The notes under the pieces: model-generated
The model's database searches: none
The model's input: the letters and a program-made list of their open reading frames with translations, nothing else
Told to the model about the DNA's origin: nothing
Shown: positions 17,601 through 26,801 of the stretch, piece by piece
How positions within the stretch are numbered: the first letter of the stretch is position 1
Layout: each line of letters opens with the position of its first letter
IMG/VR virus record: IMGVR_UViG_3300005842_000001
Location: 8,806-72,805 of that record
DNA from: a virus
Length of the DNA stretch: 64,000 nt
Direction: 5' to 3' (one strand)
Translations under genes and position numbers: made by a program

Positions 17601-18988
17601 TCGATGCGTTTTCATCTGCCCTTGATCCTTTGCGCCCTGAGCTAGCGATTGATTATTTCAAAAATCTGTTCCCGATGATCGGCGTTGATCCAGTGGCGTA
17701 CATTCCGCAGATGAGGCGATATGCCTTCACGTTGGCGGTTGCAACCGAGACAACTCTTCTTGGTAAGGTTCACGATCTACTGACTGATGCACTACACGAA
17801 GGAACGCTTGACACTCAATTCAAGATCGATGATCTGCTAAAGAAGACTGGCGTGGCTCCTGAAAACCCGCAGTACAGTGAAATGGTTTTCAGGACGAACA
17901 TGATGGACGCCTACACGACTGGCACGACAGATCAGGCAAAAGACCCGACCATTGCCGAAGCGTACCCGGTGTGGCGATACGATGGCATCGACGACGAACG
18001 CGCTGGGAAAGATCATCGCCCCAAGTTCGGGAAGTATTATCCATCGTCAGCAGAGTTTGCTGATGTTCGTGGTGATCGTCCTTATAACTGTGTTCTCCCT
18101 GGGCAGATGACACAGGGAAGAATCAATGGGGCATTAAAAGCCCACTATTCTGGCGAAGCGGTCGAGATTTATAGTGACAGTGGTGATATTATTTCCCTGA
18201 CCGTCAACCATCCCGTATTGACCGATAGAGGCTTTATTCGTGCTGGCGAAGTGAAGGAAGGAGATTATCTTGTCAGCTATTCCGGGGAACATCAAATCCC
18301 TGTTCTTGGTGAAGACTATCAATACTTTCCAACCTTGATCGAAGATGTATTTGAGACGATTAGTGTAGTTAAAGGTAGGTCGGCTAGGGCTTCTGCCCCA
18401 GTTTCCCTTTTCAAGCTCTATGGCGATGAGTTGTTCCTTGAAAGCAAGATCGACGTTGTAGGCTCCTATCGGGAATTGCTGTTCAATGGTGTGCCCCATG
18501 ATTCTGAGCGTGTTCGCAACTCTATCCTCTCTGGGGCTACGGTGAAGCTGCATGGCATACCACGAAGCAGCACGCTTCAATTTAACAGCCATGCTGTCAG
18601 TCATCCCTCTTCTAGCGGCGTGGGCCTTAGCGACTTGCTTGGCTCTGATGCGTTTGCTCATCAAACTCCATTTAGTCTTTTCTGCTTCGGATCGGCCTCG
18701 CACCTTTATTCCCAATTTGACGAATTGCTTTCTAAGACAACTTCTGTCGATGTTCAGTTTGTCGGCAAGAGCCTTCATGGAGGCACCGGCAAGGTAGCGT
18801 TTAGCAAGGCGAGAAAGATTAGGAATTTCCATTACGATGGTCCTGTGTTTGATTGCTCAACTGATGTTGGATATTTTATAGTAAATAACATCTTCATTTC
18901 AAATTGCCGCTGCTGTCCTACGATGATCTACAAGACAACATGGCAACAGTTGCAGGATCAAGGTAAGAGCGTAGAGACAAGCTGGTAG
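14681..18988 (+). CDS. fusion: Mu gp29/DUF935-like portal + C39-like Cys peptidase + 2H phosphoesterase + MuF head morphogenesis domain with intein
   Basis: Portal to about aa 470 (EQFGLP, IFLGQT, ILNDQII); peptidase QQQNYTCG...GHW...YFDP; 2H motifs HITL and PHVK; MuF VFRTNMMDAY..G, WRYDGIDD.R..DH, PYN/CRC. Confidence 0.85.
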   Translation: MNQLPMNPGNDMTDVRIKSGLFGGMGGIGRQMGRVMYRTGQFLGVMPWETPRRSQIGVDPIGEEFMLNEDQQAKARLMGQKIYHEFVAGRFSFLSNDDGKSNETPQMREEYWKFAVTEPALDAALWTKITAVIANELIIKPSSKSGFDRYIADWVHDCIIRCKGGLRNIGEQILFHGQVYGNVLCEPKWKHEHRQVHSTMFPYGFWTLKDFVAKPPGDYKLEIDGFRNITGVWSAKTAEWFDPTYFVYWAHKPIYGNMGGTSGVRSVRRACTLLKLAHNYRGIYLEQFGLPMIKATYPQNDDDSQRIARAAIQHARSLGYILIPEGVDVEALTLAQRGESDYQDAIDDYRKEIFLGQTGSYLYAMEGSVGHAAGNSETHRSTLDLWVGYLSKILEEILNDQIIPWLITLNIYNADPPRAMIGGVNDEDLKASLEVDDKLISWGVELDEDELRDRYHRSAPKNGKGIGGMNRLMLGMNNGMGANNVQGNPFAGQAASFPLQNQGQAANNNTPPQRDDQTVKFSADDEDFTQQQNYTCGTASLRFAMNHFGVTPPEESVLSLLLGTTPAQGTNAASIVRLAKQNGLEAEGQSNMTMLEMSERLKDGAVVLAPIQKFGSPEEKAKNQTGHWIAVTRLDGSSGMLEYFDPVLGSDKPCWESLQTFAANWHDRDGDGKMLPRYAITISEPKKKMTFSTDDLQLGYISIPLPEFAEAIQKVQSAIDPADLIKTENDHHITLLYGCGADSFDDSVKLCASIAPIKMTFGGTFTLSPKDADHDVLAFKVYGDALEKANYSLASGLEVKQDYDTFQPHVKIGRLKQGAGSKYTSPSFAGFSALLGDSKVAESAQFKVKGGEALSLPFAAVSDLPVLKFSEEPASDEVAKPGKDGDKADKLLQNVKEDGTAILARLCKMAYRRMLDNGVGGSQLFTMQERNELTEAFLGCVINANLLGRSSTISKFLRDQDESRVDRFADETPFDAFSSALDPLRPELAIDYFKNLFPMIGVDPVAYIPQMRRYAFTLAVATETTLLGKVHDLLTDALHEGTLDTQFKIDDLLKKTGVAPENPQYSEMVFRTNMMDAYTTGTTDQAKDPTIAEAYPVWRYDGIDDERAGKDHRPKFGKYYPSSAEFADVRGDRPYNCVLPGQMTQGRINGALKAHYSGEAVEIYSDSGDIISLTVNHPVLTDRGFIRAGEVKEGDYLVSYSGEHQIPVLGEDYQYFPTLIEDVFETISVVKGRSARASAPVSLFKLYGDELFLESKIDVVGSYRELLFNGVPHDSERVRNSILSGATVKLHGIPRSSTLQFNSHAVSHPSSSGVGLSDLLGSDAFAHQTPFSLFCFGSASHLYSQFDELLSKTTSVDVQFVGKSLHGGTGKVAFSKARKIRNFHYDGPVFDCSTDVGYFIVNNIFISNCRCCPTMIYKTTWQQLQDQGKSVETSW
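18089..18904 (+). mobile_element. intein (272 aa) inserted in the MuF PYN|CRC motif
   Basis: Starts CVLPG; block B LTVNHPVLT; block F/G YDGPVFD...YFIVNNIFISN; Cys at +1. Confidence 0.85.
18134..18832 (-). CDS. HTH + Vsr/DUF559-like PD-(D/E)xK endonuclease nested antisense within the intein
   Basis: RYLAGASMKALADKLNIDRSCLRK HTH; SPRE..V...L...G....QFPIGAYNVDLAF....IAIELE...W...R.KYIFDQGWKVLIV. Confidence 0.8.
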   Translation of the reverse strand: MEIPNLSRLAKRYLAGASMKALADKLNIDRSCLRKQFVKLGIKVRGRSEAEKTKWSLMSKRIRAKQVAKAHAARRGMTDSMAVKLKRAASWYAMQLHRSPREDRVANTLRIMGHTIEQQFPIGAYNVDLAFKEQLIAIELEKGNWGRSPSRPTFNYTNRLKYIFDQGWKVLIVFTKNRDLMFPGIADKIISFLHFASTNKASIGQYGMVDGQGNNITTVTINLDRFARIVGF

Positions 18989-19083
18989 CTGGTCATTGCC
19001 CAGAGTGTTCCTACTATGAAGACAACGCAACATGGCCCGGAGTTGCTGAAACGTGTCGAGGTAAGTTGGTAGCTTGGAGGCAA

Positions 19084-19437
19084 ATGATGCAAGCCTTACC
19101 GCCCCCGGACAATGATACATTCACCACTCTCTTGAGGGCATTAACTGCTGGTGTGCTGGGCATGATAGGTGCGAGCTTCTCTTCCTTAGATCGAGCAGTG
19201 AAGGGGAAAGAAATGTTCTGGCACCTGGGCTTGTCACTGTTTCTCTCTGGACTTACTTTTTGCACGTTGGTATCTATCTGGCCAGGTATTTATTGGATCG
19301 TGTGGCTTCTTCCTTCGTTCGTGATCGGCTTCTGTGTCTACGGCATTGCAGTTGCATTGAAAAAAAACAGCAAGTCTGCCGAAGACTTCGACGTTACTAA
19401 AGTCATCAAAAAGAAAACAGGCATAGAAGGAGATTAG
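19084..19437 (+). CDS. membrane protein (holin-like, tentative)
   Basis: Three hydrophobic segments, basic C-tail; GGAGG upstream. Confidence 0.55.
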   Translation: MMQALPPPDNDTFTTLLRALTAGVLGMIGASFSSLDRAVKGKEMFWHLGLSLFLSGLTFCTLVSIWPGIYWIVWLLPSFVIGFCVYGIAVALKKNSKSAEDFDVTKVIKKKTGIEGD

Positions 19438-19440
19438 GTC

Positions 19441-19821
19441 ATGTTCGTGATTCTCTGGGTGCTTGACAACATTGGAACCGCGCTCACAGTTGCAGCGGCT
19501 TTAGTAATCTTTGCGGTCGTTTGCGTACCGATGAGTCACCGACCTATAATTGAAAGAGTGTTCGGATTGTTCATCGGAATTTCGACGATGGGATCAGCAC
19601 TTGATCGTTTTGCGCAGGTCATGGCTCAATATGACGTAGATGGTAGCGTTCGTTGCGTGGCTATGCTCATCTTCGATATTTCAAAAATGGGCATCGTGAT
19701 TACAGGCGGCATGTTGCTCTATCGGTATATCGTGATGAAGAGAATGAACTGCGCTAGTGCTGATCGTTATGTGAAAAAATTGTCTGATCAAAAGACTCCA
19801 TTTTTTGCGGTGTCTCATTAA
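19441..19821 (+). CDS. membrane protein
   Basis: Three hydrophobic segments. Confidence 0.6.
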   Translation: MFVILWVLDNIGTALTVAAALVIFAVVCVPMSHRPIIERVFGLFIGISTMGSALDRFAQVMAQYDVDGSVRCVAMLIFDISKMGIVITGGMLLYRYIVMKRMNCASADRYVKKLSDQKTPFFAVSH

Positions 19822-19829
19822 GCTACGAA

Positions 19830-19857
19830 TCGTGCCAGTGGTAAAACGCTGGCACGA
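19830..19857. terminator. intergenic hairpin, possible terminator
   Basis: TCGTGCCAGTG-gtaaaa-CGCTGGCACGA. Confidence 0.5.
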
Positions 19858-19877
19858 ATTATGAAAGGTAGAAGTTG

Positions 19878-22800
19878 ATGCGAACTATTACGCAGTCAAT
19901 TGTGCGCAGGAGAGCGCAAAGTGCGATTCTAGGTCAACGTGGCTCCCTCACGCCGCCATTCTATGCCGGTGCTGTTTCAATCGCACCGCCACTGTCGTCA
20001 AGGTATCTTGCCTACCACGAAGGCTCCCTGGGCGTTCTCGATGGTAGCGGCAACCCGCAAACTACTGCGTTCGGCATCGTCGGCACATGGCAGGACCAGA
20101 GCGTCAACGGCAACCATCGCGTTCAGTCCAACAATGCTCTCCGCCCATTTGCCCGTACAGCCAGCACGCCTGGACTCAAAGTCGTACCAGCAGTCTACCC
20201 GTTCACAGATAACGCTAGAGCGCTTCCTTGTTCGACAATCATCATCGACAAACGAAACACGTCGTTCTATGCCATCGTCGACACCGATTATCAAGTTGCC
20301 TTCAATAATGCAGAATCAAGGGTACTTTGGTCAAGCAGTGCTGGCACGTTGCAATATGATTTAGCATCCTTGAGCTTTGGAAGGCTTCAATGGGTAGATG
20401 CCGGGGGAACGCACGATACTGGACTACGACTCTCGGCAGGATGGAATCTCGTTGGGGTGCAACTACTTGCAACAGCGGTCGTGGTCTGGGTCAACGATCA
20501 AAGCGTTTCTTATGCTGCTCTCAGTGCCGGCACGGTCACAGGCGACATACTGTTTAACAATGCTGGCGGGGTATCAAGTTGGAAGGGAAGTTGCCCGGTG
20601 GCTGTTCTGCACACTCCCGCCATTACTGCTGGCGAAAAGTCTTCCTTGATTGATCCGTGGGCCAGAAGCCGAAGAGTGAATTACACGACATCAACCACCC
20701 CGCTCTTGATCGGTTTCGGCAACTCGCTGGCTTCTGGATTATCCGCAAAAGATTGGCAGGGCTACCTCTGGCAGTGCGATTACGGCGACGCGCTTTACCA
20801 CAATGTTGCATTTGCCGGCAAGCAGTGGACTGATGCGAACGATCCACTGAATCTAAATGGCGTCAATCTTAATGACATTAACAGGCTTGGCATCTGTCTC
20901 GGTGATCTTGGGACAAATGATATATATTTAGGAGTCCCGGCAGCCACAGCGTTCGCCAATCGTTCTACTGTGATTGCCAGATTGCGTGCTGCTGGTCTGT
21001 TTTTCATTGAGCTATTACTCACCCCTTCTTTGGGGATTGTGAATGCAGGGCATGAGGCAGAGAGACTTGCCTATAATGCGTTGGTGCTGGCGGAAACTGA
21101 TAGGGTTCACAGTAACTATAAGATCGGCATTCCAGCTAATCTTGCTGACTATAGCAACCTTGATTATTACACTGTTGATGGTGTGCATTACACCAGGCTG
21201 GGGCATGCTCAGTATCCGCCTGAGTTCCAGTCTGCATTGAATTCAGTGCTTGCGTTGAGAAGCCAGGTCAGTACGCTGCAAGCTAAGTATTATTTCAATG
21301 GCGATTATTCTGACAGCACCATTTACACCAGAGACTTGACAGTCATCACAGGAAGTCCGTCTTTCAGTGCTGGGATTGGCGGACAACAGCGACTCACTCT
21401 CGTCAAGGCATCCAGTCAAAGCGTCTCCCACATTGTTGCCAGTAGTGGAAACAATCCGGGTGTCTTTGACTGGTATCCAATGACGATTGCGTTTTGGTTG
21501 ACTACGACCAATTCAACAAGTGGTACGATCATAGCCAACAGTGACAATGCCGGCGTTGGCTTCAATTGCTATCTCGATACGCATGGCCAGATTCATTTCG
21601 ACTTGGTTCGGCAAGCAGCGGCAGGCAGTGTCGCATCAGGGCCAACGTCATTTGCAGTTAATGACGGCGTGACACGGTTTGTTGCTATTGTCATTGATTC
21701 AGCCGGAGTGAGGATTTATGTCTCTCCTACCTCCAACCCTGCCCTTGCAGGACTGGAAACATCGACGGCATGGACTGGCACTCCTGGGAAGTTTGTGCCG
21801 TCCAGCCGGGCATTGCGTATAGGCGTGGATCAAGCCGGAACTACTTTCACCGACATGTCGATGCAGACGTGTTACTTCTTTGCGGAATCTAAGTCACTGG
21901 TAGACCTGCAAGCACTTCAGGCGATCCCCGGAACAGCAGCGCCAGAACCACCAGTTTTGACCACTGGTGTTTACACGACAGGAAGTATGCCGGTCACTGC
22001 ACTCCCACCGCTGAACCACAACAGTACAATTACGCTCTACAAGTTCTACATAGCTTTGCACAGCGGGGGAGCGCATCCTGATGATTTCACCCTTGCTGGC
22101 ACTTCTGTCACACCCAATTTCACATACACAGTTACTGACGGTCAGGACTACCACATCAGATGTACGGCAGTAAATGCAATTGGCGAAAGTGCCGATAGCA
22201 ATGTTGTGACGTTTACCGCTACCGCTGTTTCGTCAGTGGCCGGAGCTACAGTGATATTCGATGCCTGGGTTGGCCCTTACACTGACGATGGAGTAACGCT
22301 CTGCACTGCCAGCGGCGACAGGATTAAGCAACTCACGAATCAAGCCGTGGCTAACTACGGATCGCAGCCGACCGCCAACCTCCGGGGCGTCTACAAGATG
22401 TACCGGCAGAACGGGCGGCCAGCGATTCAGTTCAGCGGTGGCCAGTTCCTGAAGTTCTTGAACGCGATCAACACCTGGCCTTGCACGGTTGCTATCGCCG
22501 GGTATTGGCGGGACTTTACCGGCGTCAATGGTCGCATCTTGGGACTAGGCGGCCCGCAGAGCTTGTTCAGTACCGGCACCAACTGGACAGCCTACGCCAT
22601 ACCAGGCGGGTTTACTCAAGACCTGGGGGCCAGCGCATCAGTTCCTAAAGTAGCTGTCATCCGCTTCGATCATTCAGCGGCCTGGAAAGTTTGTTTCAAT
22701 GGTGTGCTTGGCGGCAACCTCCAATTTAACGCTGCGGCATCCGGCAATCTTGCTATCGGTGCTCACGGTGACGATGGCGGGGAATGGGCTGATGTTGAGT

Positions 22801-22892
22801 TTTATCGCTTCAAATTCTGGCCCAGCATTCTCAATGATGCCAATGTGCTGCTGGCCGCTGCCGAAATGAACAGCCTGCTGGCGATTTACTAA
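19878..22892 (+). CDS. multidomain virion-surface protein: LamG/ConA-like + SGNH esterase + LamG + FN3 + LamG-like
   Basis: GFGNSLASG, LGTND, DGVHY (SGNH); FN3-like YHIRCTAVNAIGESADSN; N- and C-terminal ends resemble each other. Confidence 0.7.
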   Translation: MRTITQSIVRRRAQSAILGQRGSLTPPFYAGAVSIAPPLSSRYLAYHEGSLGVLDGSGNPQTTAFGIVGTWQDQSVNGNHRVQSNNALRPFARTASTPGLKVVPAVYPFTDNARALPCSTIIIDKRNTSFYAIVDTDYQVAFNNAESRVLWSSSAGTLQYDLASLSFGRLQWVDAGGTHDTGLRLSAGWNLVGVQLLATAVVVWVNDQSVSYAALSAGTVTGDILFNNAGGVSSWKGSCPVAVLHTPAITAGEKSSLIDPWARSRRVNYTTSTTPLLIGFGNSLASGLSAKDWQGYLWQCDYGDALYHNVAFAGKQWTDANDPLNLNGVNLNDINRLGICLGDLGTNDIYLGVPAATAFANRSTVIARLRAAGLFFIELLLTPSLGIVNAGHEAERLAYNALVLAETDRVHSNYKIGIPANLADYSNLDYYTVDGVHYTRLGHAQYPPEFQSALNSVLALRSQVSTLQAKYYFNGDYSDSTIYTRDLTVITGSPSFSAGIGGQQRLTLVKASSQSVSHIVASSGNNPGVFDWYPMTIAFWLTTTNSTSGTIIANSDNAGVGFNCYLDTHGQIHFDLVRQAAAGSVASGPTSFAVNDGVTRFVAIVIDSAGVRIYVSPTSNPALAGLETSTAWTGTPGKFVPSSRALRIGVDQAGTTFTDMSMQTCYFFAESKSLVDLQALQAIPGTAAPEPPVLTTGVYTTGSMPVTALPPLNHNSTITLYKFYIALHSGGAHPDDFTLAGTSVTPNFTYTVTDGQDYHIRCTAVNAIGESADSNVVTFTATAVSSVAGATVIFDAWVGPYTDDGVTLCTASGDRIKQLTNQAVANYGSQPTANLRGVYKMYRQNGRPAIQFSGGQFLKFLNAINTWPCTVAIAGYWRDFTGVNGRILGLGGPQSLFSTGTNWTAYAIPGGFTQDLGASASVPKVAVIRFDHSAAWKVCFNGVLGGNLQFNAAASGNLAIGAHGDDGGEWADVEFYRFKFWPSILNDANVLLAAAEMNSLLAIY

Positions 22893-22901
22893 GGAACCGT
22901 C

Positions 22902-25208
22902 ATGAAAACATTACTTTCCTTGCTGCTGATTCTTTTCAGTAGCACCGTTGCAGCCCAATCCCCCATCGCCTTATCGACGAGCGATCCCAAGTTTGCGCCA
23001 CACTCAGAGATCATACCAAAACCGATAGCAGCGCTGGCGTTTGGCACTAGAGGCCCAGGCTATGCTAACGGTTCACGTCCTGCTGGCCGATTCGATGTTG
23101 CGTATGCTCTCGTCGATGAACAAAGCAAGCTGTCGCCACTGTCAAAGCCAGTAACAATTGCATCATCGTCATCCGACTGGGATATTGTGGTGTCGACGCC
23201 GGTGCTTGATCTGTGGACACGCGCGATCGGAACGATGTGGGTATACAGAGCAACAGGAACAGCCGAATGGAAGTCTCTCGGTTGCAATCGTAACTGTGTA
23301 GTGCCATGGGCAGCGACTCGACCATTTATGCCGCTTGTAGGTTGGGATCATTCGTTGGGTGGCTTTCAACTCTTCTCAACACAAAACTTCTGGCCGACAT
23401 TCAGTGATGTTTACTGGAAACAAACATCGACGCTGGCACAACCACCACCGCCATCGGTTCGTTTGCTTTCATGCCCGAACATTGCTTTAGAAGCTGCCTA
23501 TTCGTGGGCATGCAATGAAGGAGAGACGCCGTTATCAGACGTAACAAGTATCGCTGCTGTTCCTGGCAATCCTGCAACGATTCATGCACCATGTCAGTTG
23601 TACCGCAACATTATACCACCACAAGGCGCTCTCGGTTCTTACGTCTATTTGAGAGTGCCGGGTGGTCAGTGGCATCGTCAAAAATCCCATCAATCAGCAG
23701 ACAGCTATCTATGGCCGATTGACTCAAATCAATTACCGATCAATGAATATGTTGAAACAGGCGTCAAGCCCAGCGGCATCGTCGGCAAGTCATGGCTTAG
23801 TTCAATCCATCTGGCGATGCGTGATTGGCGACGAGACGTGATCATTGACACCGATCAGACTATTTGCTGCCCGGTAATTTCAGCTTATGATGGGCCAAGT
23901 TGGGTATATGACCCACGCAATCAGCAGATCGCTTTTGGTGTGAATGCTTTTGCTTACCCCAACGAAGGATGGACTCTATCAATTGATGGTGTCACAAGCG
24001 GCTACCTTCGCCCTACGTCCGGCTGGCAAACTTGGCAGCAAGTCGCTGATACTGCATTTGGCCCCGGTAATGTTGAGCTTCGATATGGTAGCGGCTTTGG
24101 TGGCGTGGTGATCGTTTTCACTGGCAAGTATGCAGCGACAGACATGACGAATCGCATCAAGACTGATTTCACGAAACTTTATCAGATCAACAACAACGAT
24201 GCTAGCAAGCCGCTAATGGATACATCAGTACCGCCAAAGCCGATTCCTTTTGCAGTTCCTATAGTCGATTCCTATACTCAGTCAGCGCGTAGTTGGTACA
24301 TGTCAGCAGGTGGTCAGAAGTTCAATCGAACGATTGCAACAGGAAATGGCGGTGGGTGGGTTCTCAGTGACACAGCGACGACGCCAGAAGGCAAGTCGAG
24401 CTATCCTGGTGACTGGCCTTTGTGGGTAGAGAACAGCCAGCGAACTCGACTGATCGGTTGCAAGATGACACGGAACCAGTCCAATTGTGGAATAGCTTTT
24501 ATAGATCATTCAGGCGGCGGTGCTTTTTCATTCACAGCGAAAGATTGTGCTTGCTCTGCTGGCGTAGGAAATAATGGCAACACTTATGGAGTTCGATGTA
24601 CCTGGACAAGCAGAGGGCCAGCTTGGAACAACCATTCAGCGTCTGAGCCATATTTTGAAAACTGTTCTTTCCAAGCGAAACACTGCATAGTCTGTGAAGG
24701 TGGCCAGTCAGTCAACTGGTTATTCAACACTACCTACGGCGCTGGTGATGGCACCATTGAATCTTCAATCGTCACACAAGCCAACTCAGGGGCTATGTCT
24801 TTCAAAGGCAGAACAAACGTCGATAACTCACGCACCATCGGCGCTATGACATGGGCAGGAAAGGTTGACATTGAAGGCATTTGGCTCGATCAGGGTGTAC
24901 CGTGTTGGTTTACGATCACCGGCAACACGTTCCCAGCCATGTCGATCAATGGTACCAAGATCAATCAGTGGCGTGATTGGCTACATGTCATCGAAGCGCC
25001 GACAGGCAGCATAGGCTATCCGGTCAATTTGACGTTGAGCAATCTCGATTCTCAGTTCAATGGCCAGCCGGTAACAATGCTTGCATCGACTCGTGACATG
25101 CTTACCGTCACTCAGAAAGACCCGGTGAACTTGCTTGCAAATCTTGTGAAGACGGGACTTGTCACGATTCCAGTACCTGTTAAAAAGCAAATGCTACGAA
25201 GCAGATGA
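22902..25208 (+). CDS. large protein with predicted signal peptide and possible beta-helix C-terminal half
   Basis: MKTLLSLLLILFSSTVAAQ; FENCSF-type strands. Confidence 0.6.
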   Translation: MKTLLSLLLILFSSTVAAQSPIALSTSDPKFAPHSEIIPKPIAALAFGTRGPGYANGSRPAGRFDVAYALVDEQSKLSPLSKPVTIASSSSDWDIVVSTPVLDLWTRAIGTMWVYRATGTAEWKSLGCNRNCVVPWAATRPFMPLVGWDHSLGGFQLFSTQNFWPTFSDVYWKQTSTLAQPPPPSVRLLSCPNIALEAAYSWACNEGETPLSDVTSIAAVPGNPATIHAPCQLYRNIIPPQGALGSYVYLRVPGGQWHRQKSHQSADSYLWPIDSNQLPINEYVETGVKPSGIVGKSWLSSIHLAMRDWRRDVIIDTDQTICCPVISAYDGPSWVYDPRNQQIAFGVNAFAYPNEGWTLSIDGVTSGYLRPTSGWQTWQQVADTAFGPGNVELRYGSGFGGVVIVFTGKYAATDMTNRIKTDFTKLYQINNNDASKPLMDTSVPPKPIPFAVPIVDSYTQSARSWYMSAGGQKFNRTIATGNGGGWVLSDTATTPEGKSSYPGDWPLWVENSQRTRLIGCKMTRNQSNCGIAFIDHSGGGAFSFTAKDCACSAGVGNNGNTYGVRCTWTSRGPAWNNHSASEPYFENCSFQAKHCIVCEGGQSVNWLFNTTYGAGDGTIESSIVTQANSGAMSFKGRTNVDNSRTIGAMTWAGKVDIEGIWLDQGVPCWFTITGNTFPAMSINGTKINQWRDWLHVIEAPTGSIGYPVNLTLSNLDSQFNGQPVTMLASTRDMLTVTQKDPVNLLANLVKTGLVTIPVPVKKQMLRSR

Positions 25209-25262
25209 CGCTATATATGTGTTTCGGTATCATGTCAACAACTCTGTTTCAAGGAGAGGCTC

Positions 25263-25499
25263 ATGAATTGTTTACTCGGCTGTCTGATGACAGTCATCTG
25301 TTTCTTGCTCGTCGGCGCTGATGCTGAGGCATCTCGTCGGCATCGAAGTAAGAATCAATGCAACGGCGAGACGTGTTCTTCGCCTGTAGTCAACTCTGCT
25401 CAATGCAGCAAGCCAGCGCAAGCAGTCAAGAAGGATTGCCCATGCGATAACTGCAAGTGCCAGCAGTGCGAATGCGACAAGAAGTCGAAAAAGAAGTAA
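25263..25499 (+). CDS. small secreted Cys-rich peptide
   Basis: Signal peptide ending AEA; CPCDNCKCQQCEC. Confidence 0.6.
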   Translation: MNCLLGCLMTVICFLLVGADAEASRRHRSKNQCNGETCSSPVVNSAQCSKPAQAVKKDCPCDNCKCQQCECDKKSKKK

Positions 25500-25519
25500 G
25501 CCACTCTGAGAGGTGCGCT

Positions 25520-25987
25520 ATGTCGTGTGTTATCAAAGTCATCGTGGAAGGGTGTCACTGTGATTGCAAACCTGCAACACCACCCGCCCCGAAAATCGGT
25601 AAGGGAGATTCAGTTACCATGGAAAAGATGCAATACCCCATTTTCGCCATTCCTGAAAAAACAAAGGAGGATGTGACCAAGATCACATTCAACTATCAAT
25701 CGGATGGCGAGCCTCAACAAACTCTTGAACTTGCTGGGCAAGTTGCAACCCCTGAAGCCCCTCAGTTCTTCTATGTCACTCCGAACATTCCTGGTAAGTG
25801 TTGGTGGACTGAGCGTGACAAGAGTGGGCTGGAATCTTTACCAAGTCCCGCCGCTGATTACACTGGCACTGATGAAACACCGCCGCCAGCAGTTGCAGGA
25901 GCGCCAAGCATCGGGAAAGGCGACACGATTGAACTTCCTGATCCACCCGCCCCACCTGAACCGCCGCCACCGGCCCCGCCAGTCTAA
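25520..25987 (+). CDS. Pro-rich hypothetical protein
   Basis: GAGG upstream; APxIGKGD occurs twice. Confidence 0.6.
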   Translation: MSCVIKVIVEGCHCDCKPATPPAPKIGKGDSVTMEKMQYPIFAIPEKTKEDVTKITFNYQSDGEPQQTLELAGQVATPEAPQFFYVTPNIPGKCWWTERDKSGLESLPSPAADYTGTDETPPPAVAGAPSIGKGDTIELPDPPAPPEPPPPAPPV

Positions 25988-26010
25988 ATGAACATGGTTC
26001 AAATGAACTC

Positions 26011-26045
26011 AACGCCGTACACTTCTCAAGGTGTACGGCGTTTTT
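26011..26045 (+). terminator. intrinsic terminator
   Basis: AACGCCGTACACTT-ctc-AAGGTGTACGGCGTT followed by Ts. Confidence 0.75.
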
Positions 26046-26063
26046 CCATGTAGAGACCTGCTG

Positions 26064-26279
26064 ATGATTTATCGATTGATCGTGATTCTACTGGCTAGTT
26101 TTGGCTTCTCTATCATCACTTCTTTTTTTTGGTTTCATTTCGCCACTTTGCATATCTATACGCAACATGGCCCGATCTTCATTCTGGCACAAGATCAAAA
26201 AGCAGTGCTGATCGTCGGCGGCTGTGCTTTTGTTGTGGGTCTGGTACTGTTTGGAAGAATAGATAAACTCAAAAGGTAA
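26064..26279 (+). CDS. small two-TM protein
   Basis: Hydrophobic ORF. Confidence 0.45.
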   Translation: MIYRLIVILLASFGFSIITSFFWFHFATLHIYTQHGPIFILAQDQKAVLIVGGCAFVVGLVLFGRIDKLKR

Positions 26280-26284
26280 CTACG

Positions 26285-26758
26285 ATGGAATTGCTCAACA
26301 AAGCTGTGAACGCCTTCGTCCTGATGCTTTTCGGGTTCATGTCAGGCGTTCTGTTGGGGCCATTCGTCATTCAGTGGATCAAGGGATACTTCATCTCTGT
26401 AGATGCTGCTGATTTAATTCTTTCAATCGAAGGTGTGAATATGTTCAATCAGATGAAGATCGGGACTCCTGGTCGGATCAGCTTGAAGCCGGTCGATGCT
26501 ATCGGCACTCTACTTGCATCGCCGCCGCCGATAACTTTTGACACAGCGCCGTCATGGACGTGCGTTCCTGCTGAACAGGCAAAACTTATTCCAAGTCCAG
26601 ATGGGTTATCATGCTCTATCGTACCATCGGGACTGGGTGATCTTCAGATTGGTGTTGCCTTCAAGCTGACTGGCAAAACCGCTGCAACAAAGCAAGTCAC
26701 TGTCACGATCACTCCGGGCGATGTTGCCGATCTGTCGCCAGTGTTTGAAGCCAACTAG
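26285..26758 (+). CDS. membrane-anchored Ig-like protein (tentative)
   Basis: N-terminal TM; PVDAIG...PSW....A.L.PSPDGLSC. Confidence 0.55.
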   Translation: MELLNKAVNAFVLMLFGFMSGVLLGPFVIQWIKGYFISVDAADLILSIEGVNMFNQMKIGTPGRISLKPVDAIGTLLASPPPITFDTAPSWTCVPAEQAKLIPSPDGLSCSIVPSGLGDLQIGVAFKLTGKTAATKQVTVTITPGDVADLSPVFEAN

Positions 26759-26801
26759 GTTCTGAGTTGGTAGAATTGATTCAACTTGCCAGGAGAGAGA
26801 C

